Positions 41,156 through 50,768 of a DNA stretch of 64,000 bases are shown here, one piece after another. A model generated the notes under the pieces. The model made no database searches and was not told where the DNA came from. It saw nothing but the letters and a program-made list of their open reading frames with translations. The stretch is from assembly GCA_963666215.2 (NCBI GenBank), contig CAXWPL010000002.1:288001-352000 (forward strand), written 5' to 3'. The stretch's first letter is position 1. The number at the start of each line of letters is the position of its first letter. This DNA is from Acidobacteriota bacterium. Its GTDB lineage: Bacteria; Acidobacteriota; UBA890; WLXD01. Made by a program: the position numbers and the translations under genes.

Positions 41156-41234
41156 AGAGATCTCTCTGTAAAGAGCCCCGACCGCGAGCTTCGCGGCGAC
41201 GACTCGCCCGCGACCGCCAGGAGATAGCGAAACA

Positions 41235-42164
41235 ATGGCTCTCAAGAAAGTCACCGTCGTCGGCGCCGGCCACGTTGGCGCCACCACCGCCTACAGCATC
41301 GTCAACCGCGGCCTGGCCGACGTCGTGCTGATCGACATCCTCGAGGGCGTGCCGCAGGGCAAGGGCCTCGACATGGCCGAAGCGCTGCCGATTCTCGGCG
41401 GCGACTGCAAGGCCTCGGGCACGAACAACTACGTCGACACCCAGGGCTCCGACATCGTCGTTATCACCGCTGGCCTGGCCCGCAAGCCCGGCATGTCGCG
41501 CGACGATCTTCTTTATAAGAACACTCAGATCGTTGGGAGTGTCACGGAGGAAGTCGCCAAGTACTCGCCCGACGCCATCCTGATCATCGTCACCAACCCG
41601 CTCGACGCGATGACCCACATCGCCCACAAAAAGTCGGGCTTCCCGCGCGAGCGCGTCATGGGCATGGCCGGCGTTCTCGACTCGGCCCGCATGCGCGCCT
41701 TCATCGCCATGGAGCTGGGGCTGTCGGTAGAGAACACCCACGCCTTCGTGCTCGGTGGCCACGGCGACACCATGGTGCCGCTGCCGCGCTTCTCCACCGT
41801 TGCCGGCGTGCCCATTACCGAGCTGATGAGCGCCGAGCAGGTCAACCGGATTGTCGACCGAACCCGCAACGGCGGCGCCGAGATCGTCAAGCTTCTCGGC
41901 ACCGGCTCGGCCTACTACGCCCCCGGCGAGTCGATCGCCGAGATGATCGAAGCCATCCTGCTCGATAAGAAAAAGGTCCTCCCCGTGGCGGCCCGACTCG
42001 AAGGCGAATATGGCGTCGACGGGTTGTTTGTTGGAGTTCCGGCCGTCCTCGGTATCAACGGCATGGAGAAGGTCTTCGAGATCAAGATGACCGCCGACGA
42101 GCAGGCCGAGTTCGACCGCTCCGTCGACCACGTCCGCGATCTGGTCGCGAAGCTGGAGGCCTGA
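41235..42164 (+). CDS. mdh: Malate dehydrogenase (LDH-like)
   Basis: [36 protein letters not shown]. Confidence 0.97.
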   Translation: MALKKVTVVGAGHVGATTAYSIVNRGLADVVLIDILEGVPQGKGLDMAEALPILGGDCKASGTNNYVDTQGSDIVVITAGLARKPGMSRDDLLYKNTQIVGSVTEEVAKYSPDAILIIVTNPLDAMTHIAHKKSGFPRERVMGMAGVLDSARMRAFIAMELGLSVENTHAFVLGGHGDTMVPLPRFSTVAGVPITELMSAEQVNRIVDRTRNGGAEIVKLLGTGSAYYAPGESIAEMIEAILLDKKKVLPVAARLEGEYGVDGLFVGVPAVLGINGMEKVFEIKMTADEQAEFDRSVDHVRDLVAKLEA

Positions 42165-42167
42165 TCG

Positions 42168-42596
42168 ATGGCCGATCTCTCGAAAGAGCGGACCCTGGCG
42201 ATGATCAAGCCGGACGCTGTGTCGCGCGGCGACGCTGGCAAGATCCTCGCCCACTACGAGGCCGAGGGCTTCACCATCCTGGCTTGCAAGAAGGCGCGTC
42301 TGTCACGCGCCGAGGCCGAGGCCTTCTACGAAGTCCACCGCGAGCGGCCGTTCTTCGGCAGCCTCGTCGACTTCATGACGTCGGGGCCGATCTACGCCGT
42401 GGCGATGGGGCGTGAGAACGCGATTGTGCATTTACGCGAGGTGATGGGGGCGACGAATCCCGAGGAAGCTGCCGAGGGGACGATCAGGGCGCTGTATGCG
42501 GAGAATATCGAGAGGAACTCGGTGCACGGCTCGGACTCACCGGAGACGGCGGCGGTGGAGTTGGCGTTTCATTTTGCGGGTCGAGAGCTATTCTAG
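42168..42596 (+). CDS. ndk: Nucleoside diphosphate kinase
   Basis: ERTLAMIKPD, HRERPFF, GATNP, NSVHGSDS. Confidence 0.97.
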   Translation: MADLSKERTLAMIKPDAVSRGDAGKILAHYEAEGFTILACKKARLSRAEAEAFYEVHRERPFFGSLVDFMTSGPIYAVAMGRENAIVHLREVMGATNPEEAAEGTIRALYAENIERNSVHGSDSPETAAVELAFHFAGRELF

Positions 42597-42663
42597 CCGG
42601 CGACGGTCCGGCGAGGCCGCCGAACGGACGAGCCGCGTGACTCGCCGCGCCGGACGAGCTGCC

Positions 42664-44918
42664 ATGGGCGGCAAGCTGCGTGTACTCGTGGTGGCGACGC
42701 TCGCGTGCGGCACCTTGGCACCGTCGGTCCGGCCGGTGGCTGCGGTTTCGGCAGCCGCCCAGGACGAGCCGCGTCGACTCACGCTGGAGCGGTTGTACTC
42801 GCTGCCCAGCCTCATCGGCACCGCGCCGCGTGGGTCTTCCTGGTCGGCGGACTCCGAGCGCTTGGCGTTTCTCTGGAACGATCGCGGCGAGAGCTTCCGC
42901 GACGTTTGGGTGGTCGACATCGGTGATGCCGAGCTGACTCCAATGCGCGCCACCATGATGCCGAAACCCACGGCCGACGCCGAGTCGGACGATCCGTTCG
43001 AGATCGCCCGGGCGGCGGAGCGCGTCGAGCGTGACGGCGGTGCGGCGTCGGCGATCTGGCATCCTGGCGGGCGCCATCTATTGGTGAGCTTCCGTGGCGA
43101 TCTCTGGCGCGTGGTGCTCGGGCAGCAGCCAGTGCCGATAACCGAGACCCCGCAACCTGAGTCGGGTGCGGCCTACTCGTCGGACGGGAGACGCCTGGCC
43201 TTCATGAGGGGCGGTGATGTTTGGACGTTGCCGGCGGGCAGTGGCGTCTCAGTGGCGGCCACGCGGGTGACGTCGTTGGCGGCCGACGGAATTCGCGTCG
43301 GGAGCTTTCTGTGGCCGCCCGACGGCTCGCAGTTGGCGGTTGAGGAGGTCGATAGTCGCGCGGTGCCGGAGCGAGGAATTCCCGACTACCTGGGCGACGA
43401 GCCGGTGATGGTGCGCCTGCGGCGTGCCTATCCGGGCGATCCGGCGCCACGGCGGCGGATCGGGTTGGTCGACGTATCGCGCGGCGCCTCTGCGTCGATC
43501 GAGTGGCTGGAGCTGGCCGACCCAGCGCCCGACCTGTTGCTGAGCTACACGTGGTCGCCGCACGGTGCGTCGCTGGCGATCGACACGAGCGACCTGTACG
43601 CCAAGGACCGGCGCGTCTACGTCGCCGACGCAACGAGCCAAGCGCCGGCCGTCAGGATCGTGGCGCGCGATCGGGACGACGAGAACGAGACCTTCTACTT
43701 TTGGCGCATCGCATGGGCGAGCGACTCGAGCCGGCTGTACTTCCTGTCGGATCGTGAGGAGGACTATCACGTCTGGTCGGTAGATCCGGCGCGCCCCACG
43801 GCGGCGCCGCGGAGGCTGACCGGCGGCGACTGGGCCGTGGTCGAGATGCGCCCGGTCGACAGTGGCCTGGTCGTGGTCGGCAATCACGGTCGGGCTGAGG
43901 AGCGCCACCTGTTCCGGGTTGGGGACTCGGCCTCGGTAGGCGAGCTGACCCAGCTCAGCCAGCGTACTGGCAGCCATGCACCGGTAATCTCACCCGACGG
44001 ACACTGGGCAGCAGTCGCCCACTCGAGCGACGACTCACCGCCCGACCTGTTGTTGACGTCGCTGGTTGGCGAGCGCACCGAAGACACCGAGCGCACCGTC
44101 ACACATTCGCCGTTGCCGGAGTTCGGTCGCTACCGCTGGGTCACGCCGAGCTACGTCTCTTTCCGCAGCCACGTCGATGGCTCGACGCTACACGCTCGAC
44201 TGACGCTACCGCCTGACTTCGATGCCAACCGCAGATACTCAGCGATTCTCGGTTCGGTCTATACCGACAGCGTCCGTAACCAGTGGGGTGGGCGCACGGC
44301 GCACCCTACCTGGGGCCTCGATCAGTACCTCGCCCAGCAGGGGTACGTCCTGCTCAATGTCGACATGCGCGGCAGCTGGGGCGCGGCCGCGAGCATCGTC
44401 GCGGCATCCGGCTCGACTATGGCGGTATCGATATCGAGGACCTCGAGAGCGGCGTGCGTTTCTTGCAGACGCTTGGATACGTCGACATGAATCGGGTCGG
44501 CATCTGGGGGTCGAGCTACGGCGGGCTGATGACCGCGATGTCGCTGTTCCGCAAGCCGGGCTTGTACGCCGCGGGCATCGCCGGCGCGCCGGCCACCAAC
44601 GTCTGGCATGCCCTCACCGGGCAGATGGCGGTGATGATGCGGCCCGAGGATCAGCCGGAGGAGTACACCGACTCGTCGGCGTTCCTGCACGCCGATGGTT
44701 TGGAAGATCCGCTGATGATTATCCATGGCATGCGTGACCGAGTAGTGCTGTACAAAGACTCCGTGACGCTCGTGCAGAGATTGTTAATGCTCGGCAAGAA
44801 TGTCGATTTCGTTACGCTGCCGAACTCCGCCCACGGTTGGGACAACGAAGGGCTGGCGCAGACGCGTTTTGCCTTCCGCAAGATGGTGGACTTTTTCGAT
44901 CGACATCTGAAGAACTGA
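42664..44918 (+). CDS. S9/DPP IV-family secreted peptidase, with a frameshift at the G4 run 44378-44381
   Basis: Signal peptide and beta-propeller up to DMRGSWG, then GIWGSSYGG, HGMRD and SAHGW in the other frame. Confidence 0.88.
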
Positions 44919-44919
44919 C

Positions 44920-46620
44920 ATGGCTGAGCTGGTACACGAGATACCTGCGCACGGAAGGAACGAGCCGATGACCCGCGCCACGCACCCGATCACGACACGT
45001 GCCGTTCCGGGGCTCATAGCTCTGGTGATTGTCTCGATGAGCACGGCGGCCCTGGCGCTGCAGGACGTCGGCTGGGATGAGCTGGTGATGCTCGACGGCG
45101 AGCTCCGTGAGCTGCGACAGCCAGCGCGACTTGACGGTGTGCCGCAGTACCACGCGGACGCGATTGCCGAGCGCGTCGCGGCGGTCGCGGCGGCGCGTGG
45201 GCGCTGGGAGGCGATCGACGCCTCGGCCTGGTCGACCGCGGGCAAGGTCGACTACCTGCTTGTGTGGGCGCGCCTGAACACGCTGGAGTTCGAGCATCGA
45301 GTGACGCAACCGTGGAAGCGCGACCCGATCCACACGCTCGACCTGGTGCGCCGAGTGCCCTACGTTGAGCTGCCGCTGTCCACCGAGGCGGCGGAACGGT
45401 GGGCGATGCAACTCAGGGCCGTGCCCGCAACGCTCGCGGCGGCCGAGGAACGACTCACCGAGCCGTTGGGCGAGCTGGCTCGGTTGGCGCTCTTCCATTT
45501 GCAGAACTTCGACGGTGTCGGGCAGGGGCAACCCTACCGCGAGACGCCGCCGGCCGGGACTATCGGTTGGTACGCCGATTTGTGCGACCGCGTGGCCGCG
45601 GTCCAGCCGGAGAGCTCGCGCGATTGCGAGGCGGCGCACGAGGCGGTGATTGGCTATCACGACTGGCTCGCCGCTGGGCTTCCGGCCATGCGGCCGTCGG
45701 CCGGCATCGGCAGTGAGAATCTGGAGTGGTACTTTCGGCGCGTTCGCCTGCTGCCCTACACCGTCGATCAGATGGCGGTGCTGGGAGAGCGCAAGTTCCA
45801 CCGTTTCCGGGCGGCCTACGAGACGGTGCGCAACCGCAACCGCGAGCTTCCCGACCTGCCGCTCACTCGCAGTGCCGAGGAGCACGAGGCGCGCACGCGC
45901 GAGGCGGAGCGGCAGATCCGCGGCATGGTCGACGACCAAAACCTGTTGACCTGGCCCGAGGATCTACCCGAGTCCTTCGACACCGACACCTTCTGGAGCC
46001 CGCGCGCGCTCACCGATCGGCACTTCTGGGAAGAGATCCAGTTCCGCAACACCTTCAACAACCACATCCACGCTTCGATTCCGGGTCACCGGTTCGACGG
46101 CCTCATGGCTCTCGGCGTCGACGATCCGATCCGTCGCAGCTACGGCGACAGCTCACGAGCCGAGGGTTGGGCGACCTACCTCGAGGAGATGTTCCTGCTG
46201 GCCGGGCTGACACAGGAAGTGCCGCGCGCCGACGAGCTCTTCTACGTGGCCCTCATGAAGCGCGCGAGTCGCATCTACGCCGAGACGCGCATGCATGCCG
46301 GCGACATGAGCCTCGACGAAGCCAATCGCTACATGATCGACTACGTGCCCTTCATGGAGGAGAACCTGGGACGCTACGACCTCGAGGGCTACCTGAGGCG
46401 TCCCGGCAGCGGCTCCGGCTACATCATCGGCAAGATCCAGATCGAGAAACTGCTTTCGGAACGAGCCATCGAGCTCGGCGACGACTTCGACCTCGGCGCC
46501 TTCCACGACGACATCCTGGCGCGTGGCATGCTGCCGCTGACGCTGGTGCGTTGGGAGATGACCGGACGCGACGACGAGGTTCGGACGCTCTGGAAGTTGG
46601 CTACGGGCGAGGATCTTTGA
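44920..46620 (+). CDS. DUF885-family protein
   Basis: IPGH, EGWATYLE, YIIGK, FDLGAFHD and GMLPL; signal peptide. Confidence 0.85.
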   Translation: MAELVHEIPAHGRNEPMTRATHPITTRAVPGLIALVIVSMSTAALALQDVGWDELVMLDGELRELRQPARLDGVPQYHADAIAERVAAVAAARGRWEAIDASAWSTAGKVDYLLVWARLNTLEFEHRVTQPWKRDPIHTLDLVRRVPYVELPLSTEAAERWAMQLRAVPATLAAAEERLTEPLGELARLALFHLQNFDGVGQGQPYRETPPAGTIGWYADLCDRVAAVQPESSRDCEAAHEAVIGYHDWLAAGLPAMRPSAGIGSENLEWYFRRVRLLPYTVDQMAVLGERKFHRFRAAYETVRNRNRELPDLPLTRSAEEHEARTREAERQIRGMVDDQNLLTWPEDLPESFDTDTFWSPRALTDRHFWEEIQFRNTFNNHIHASIPGHRFDGLMALGVDDPIRRSYGDSSRAEGWATYLEEMFLLAGLTQEVPRADELFYVALMKRASRIYAETRMHAGDMSLDEANRYMIDYVPFMEENLGRYDLEGYLRRPGSGSGYIIGKIQIEKLLSERAIELGDDFDLGAFHDDILARGMLPLTLVRWEMTGRDDEVRTLWKLATGEDL

Positions 46621-46814
46621 TCGGCAGCTCGCTTGCCGAGGAACGATCAAGCCCGTCGGTCGCATACGCGATCCAGCTGCGCCGCTTGCGAAGGCGTCTT
46701 GATTCCGCGCGGGATACTCACCAACCGGCCGGAGCCGCACGACTTCGATGGCGAGCGGCAGTCGTGGACGGTGGCTTTCGCCGGCGGACCGGCCGTCCGA
46801 TGACGGCTGCCAAC

Positions 46815-47249
46815 CTAGCCGCGAGTCGCTACGTCGAGCCGATATTCTCCCGGGTTGATAACCCGGTCCGTTCGTGTCGCCGGCAGAAGCCGCGCGATGG
46901 AGATCTCGAGGCCTCGATAGACAAAGCGCAGCTGCGCGTCGGGCCCGTTCGGAGAAGTATCGAGGTTGAAGAGTGTTACCCGCCCGGAAGCCTCAACCAG
47001 AGCAAGGGCCACTCGCGCATTCCCTTCCCAAACGCACGTAGCATCTTCGGGGCATCGGGAGTCGCCGAGCACATCCTTGAAGCGCAGTGTCGCATCGACG
47101 GTGCCGAGCGAGATCTGGTCTCCGATCGCGAGGCCCGCGAAACTGACGATCAATGGGCCAGGCCCCGTGGGCCCGTTCGCAGAGCATCCCGCCGCTGCGA
47201 CCATCGCGACCGCCACCGCCAGTACGGACAGTCTTGGGCGTTCAAACAT
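46815..47249 (-). CDS. Hypothetical lipoprotein
   Basis: Lipobox AAGC and DSRCPEDATCVWEG motif. Confidence 0.75.
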   Translation of the reverse strand: MFERPRLSVLAVAVAMVAAAGCSANGPTGPGPLIVSFAGLAIGDQISLGTVDATLRFKDVLGDSRCPEDATCVWEGNARVALALVEASGRVTLFNLDTSPNGPDAQLRFVYRGLEISIARLLPATRTDRVINPGEYRLDVATRG

Positions 47250-47383
47250 ACGGTCGCTTCAGAGGGATTCGGTTTCAAAGGGCGCGGTGGCACTCAATAT
47301 GCGTAGCGCGCCATCGGACGGTCAAGTGCACTGCTGACCGGCGACGTCAGCGTGTCTCCCGGCTCGTGCTCACGGTGCGGTCG

Positions 47384-47491
47384 TCAGGCCAGTTCCCGGC
47401 GCCGCTGTTGCAGCGCAGCGCCGACCTCGGTACGGACGGCCTCGGGAACCTCGTGTCGCCGGGCTTCGGCATCCCAGTCGCCGAGGGCGTC
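47384..47491 (-). pseudogene. 3'-terminal remnant of a hipA paralog
   Basis: Encodes DALGDWDAEARRHEVPEAVRTEVGAALQQRRRELA*, 27/35 identical to the C-terminus of HipA at 50769-50876. Confidence 0.92.
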
Positions 47492-47552
47492 CCGGAGACG
47501 GCGGCGGTGGAGTTGGCGTTTCACTTCTCGGGGCGGGATGCACTAGCCGGCG
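47492..47552 (+). pseudogene. 3'-terminal remnant of ndk
   Basis: 47492-47523 is identical to 42540-42571 (32 bp); diverged codons follow, then the same ctagccggcg tail as ndk. Confidence 0.92.
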
Positions 47553-47563
47553 CTTCATTCACG

Positions 47564-48952
47564 TCAGTGGATGAGCCTTATTCCCGGGTCTGGCGGATAC
47601 GGGAACACGACGCCGTCTTCCGTGACGACCGCACCGTCGTGGAAGGCGATGTAGATGTGCTTTCCCTTTCCCCACTCGAGCACTGGCATGTGGATCATGT
47701 ACTCGAACGTGAAGGTGTGCAGCATCGGGATCGTCATCTCGCGTTCCCAGTCGGAGCCGAGTGGAGAGATCCTCGGAGCCACCAGGCCGCTTCTTCCCAC
47801 GGCGTGGACATCGAGGTGGACCTGCGTCTTGGTCGGGTCGGCACTCGCGTCGTACTGGTCGACGGGGTTGTAGTAGTAGCCGGCTTCCTCGATCCTGCGA
47901 CTCAATAGGTTGAGAGTCTCGCCGGCGGAGCGCCCGGCGACGATGTTGTTGAGCAGGATCTGGCGGGTCTCGAGCGCGGCTTGCCAGATCTGCTCGATCT
48001 CCGGCGGCGCTTCGGTTTCGCCCTCGCGCAGCAGGTAGGCGTTGCCACCGAGGTCCGACGAGAAGATCCGATTGCCGGCGCCGTGCAGAATCGTGAAGAC
48101 GTCGCCCGGTTGCAGGACGTACGGCTGCGAATCGTCGGCGTGGAACTCGACGCCGTCGGGATCGCGACGGAAGACGTTGCCCTCCAGCTCGCTGAGCTTG
48201 GTAACTCCCGGCACGACGCTGCCGAACTCGCGATCGAGGTTAGCGGCAGCGATGAGCCCGAACTGGCGATAGAGCTCGATCTCCTCATCGACGCGACCTG
48301 CCAGGTAGTCGAGGATCAGGTGCTCGGCGGAGACCACGCGCCCGGCGTAGGTGTCGCCGAGCTCATCCATCAGGAGGCTGTAATCGGTGTGGGACAGGCC
48401 GTCGGTCAGGGGCGCACGCTCCGCCGCGGCCGAGAGCCCGAGCGCCTCCGAGTAGTTCACCCCGATGCGGCGTGGGTCGCGGTCAGCGACGAACTCCCCC
48501 ACGCCGTCGAAGCGAGTCTCGAGATAGTCGGTCTCATCGCCTCCGGGCTGCTCGGTGATGACGCCGTCGACGAAGGTCGGTAGCTCTGCGCGCGGCCGCG
48601 CGCCGATGTCATAGGCCTCGACGTCGGCGACGTAGCCGGCGAACACGGCTCGCTCGACTCGATCTTCGCTGGGCTGGTCGGAGAAGATGAAGATCCCGGC
48701 GTCGCTGCCGAGCTCGAAGGCCAGAGGGTCGGGCGTCCACGGCCGCACGACATGAATCCACATGTCGATGTCGTTGTCCCGCATGACGCGCGGCAGGACT
48801 TCATCGAACTTGCGGTGACGGATCAGGTTCTCGAGCACCACCGAATCATCCGGCAGCACGGTGCCGGGATTCACCGTCTCGGGATTCTGCACCCGCAACG
48901 GCAGTGCAAAAAGAACGAGACAGCACGCGGTGGACTTCGAGAGTAGCGCCAT
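47564..48952 (-). CDS. M24 (Xaa-Pro peptidase)-like secreted protein
   Basis: LPRVMRDNDIDMWIH, DPRRIGVN, DGLSH, LQPGD, NAYLLREGETEAP. Confidence 0.75.
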   Translation of the reverse strand: MALLSKSTACCLVLFALPLRVQNPETVNPGTVLPDDSVVLENLIRHRKFDEVLPRVMRDNDIDMWIHVVRPWTPDPLAFELGSDAGIFIFSDQPSEDRVERAVFAGYVADVEAYDIGARPRAELPTFVDGVITEQPGGDETDYLETRFDGVGEFVADRDPRRIGVNYSEALGLSAAAERAPLTDGLSHTDYSLLMDELGDTYAGRVVSAEHLILDYLAGRVDEEIELYRQFGLIAAANLDREFGSVVPGVTKLSELEGNVFRRDPDGVEFHADDSQPYVLQPGDVFTILHGAGNRIFSSDLGGNAYLLREGETEAPPEIEQIWQAALETRQILLNNIVAGRSAGETLNLLSRRIEEAGYYYNPVDQYDASADPTKTQVHLDVHAVGRSGLVAPRISPLGSDWEREMTIPMLHTFTFEYMIHMPVLEWGKGKHIYIAFHDGAVVTEDGVVFPYPPDPGIRLIH

Positions 48953-49023
48953 AGACTGCAAGCTATCAGGAGTTCCGCTCAGGCTCAGGCGTCAGAGCTT
49001 GGCGCGGCTCGGTCGTCACGGCT

Positions 49024-49045
49024 GACCGGCTCGGCGGAGCCGGTC
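49024..49045. terminator. 9-bp GC hairpin
   Basis: gaccggctc-ggcg-gagccggtc. Confidence 0.3.
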
Positions 49046-49217
49046 GATTGGTGTCGCGGGCGCGGCTGTTGATCGGCGTGGGAGCAGAGTCTAGGGTCTC
49101 GACGCGGTCCCTCTCTGCAGGATGGAGCACATGATCGGTACCTCCCGCGGCACTTGCAAGATCGTCGAGCAGCTCGTCGCTGGCGGCAGGTCATGGAGGC
49201 GGCGCTGCGGCGCATCG

Positions 49218-50549
49218 ATGACACAACTCCGCGCCGCGCGACGGGCTGTGAGCCGGAGCGCGCTGCTTCTGCTCTGGGCTCTGCTGGCGATCTCTCCTCC
49301 GGCCAACGCCTCCGTACAGCGGGCGCGGCAGGCGTACGAGCTCATGCGGCTCATACGCACCGAGAAGATGGACCTGATCCTGCCCGGCGCCATGCGGGAC
49401 AACGGCGTCGACATGTGGATCCACGTCGTCCAGAGCGCCAACAAGGATCCGCTCGCGCTGGACCTCGGGGGATGGTTCGAGTACCGGGCGTGGGAGCCGT
49501 ACGGCTACTACGTGTTCACCGACCGGGGCGGCGACCGCATCGAGCGGATCATCTTGGGTGGCGAGGATTCCGACGGCCTCTACGACGCGAACGGCTCGGG
49601 CGACGACCTGCGCAGGTTGGTCGAAGAGCGCGATCCCGAGGTCATCGCCGTCAACTACTCGACGACGCTGCCCATCGCGAACGGCATATCTCACGTCGCC
49701 TACGTGAAGCTAACGGAGACGTTGGGCGAGCGCTATAGCGGCCGCATGGTCTCCGCGGCGGACGTGATCACCGACTTCCGCGTGCGCCGGGTGCAGAGCG
49801 AGATCGTCGCTTTCGCCGACGCCCTCGAGATCCAGCGGCAGGTCATGGAGGCGGCGCTGCGGCGCATCGAGCCCGGGATCACGACGCCCGAGGTCGTGGG
49901 CTGGTGGGCCGCCGATCGGCTACTCGAGAGGGGAATCGGGCCGTCGTACGAGGCGGCAACGAACGGCGTCTATCGGCGCGGCGCGTTTCTTTCTTGGGAC
50001 ATGGGAATTGGCTACCTGAACTTCGGTACCGACATCAAACGGCATGCCTACATCCTGGACACGGGTGAGTCGGACGTTCCCGACGGCTTGAAGCTCGCCT
50101 GGGAGCGCGGCATGCGGGCTCGCGAGGTTCTGCGGCGCACATTGGAGGTCGGCCGGACGGCGGGAGAGTCGCTCGAGAGGATGGTCGCCGCCTTGGAAGC
50201 GGCTGGCTACGTGTACACACCTTCCGACGACAGAACCTCGCAATACCGAGACCTCGTGAGAGCCTTAGGAGACGACTCGCGGTCAGGCTTCTCGATCGAC
50301 TTTCACGCCACCGGCAACACCAGCGTCGGCGATGCGACGGCAGGGCCCTCGATGGCGCCGTGGCGCTCGACGACAGCCGCCATCTTGGTGCAGCCAAACT
50401 ACATCTTCGCGCTGGAGTTCGAGCTCAATACCTGGGTCCCCGAGTGGAACCGGCGGCTGCGCATCAACTTCGAGGACAACGCGATCGTCACCAGCCTCGG
50501 TGTCGAATACCTCAGTCCCGTCGACGAGAAGATCATCGTTATCCGCTGA
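49218..50549 (+). CDS. M24 (Xaa-Pro peptidase)-like secreted protein, paralog of the divergent neighbour
   Basis: LPGAMRDNGVDMWIH, WDMG, GTDIKRHAY, FHATG, ALE, FEDN. Confidence 0.78.
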   Translation: MTQLRAARRAVSRSALLLLWALLAISPPANASVQRARQAYELMRLIRTEKMDLILPGAMRDNGVDMWIHVVQSANKDPLALDLGGWFEYRAWEPYGYYVFTDRGGDRIERIILGGEDSDGLYDANGSGDDLRRLVEERDPEVIAVNYSTTLPIANGISHVAYVKLTETLGERYSGRMVSAADVITDFRVRRVQSEIVAFADALEIQRQVMEAALRRIEPGITTPEVVGWWAADRLLERGIGPSYEAATNGVYRRGAFLSWDMGIGYLNFGTDIKRHAYILDTGESDVPDGLKLAWERGMRAREVLRRTLEVGRTAGESLERMVAALEAAGYVYTPSDDRTSQYRDLVRALGDDSRSGFSIDFHATGNTSVGDATAGPSMAPWRSTTAAILVQPNYIFALEFELNTWVPEWNRRLRINFEDNAIVTSLGVEYLSPVDEKIIVIR

Positions 50550-50768
50550 GCTCGCGCTCAGACCGCCCAACGGATGTCGAACTCCCTGGCGCGCGATCCC
50601 TTGCCCTTGCCGTGTAGATCGAGCGGCAGGTGGTGTTGCCGGGCGCGAAACCCGCCGAATACGTCGCCACTCGGCTCGCAATGAGATGCGCGCGTTTTAC
50701 CTTCTCGTGAATGACTGAACAAACTACCCGAAGAGCCTCCGACAATAGGAGACGTCACCGTGCGGTCG

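Noticed and set aside
47246-47277. TGAAAC...CGTA ECF-like motif upstream of the lipoprotein gene
   Set aside because: Spacer is 19 bp and the -10 box overlaps the start codon; poor fit.
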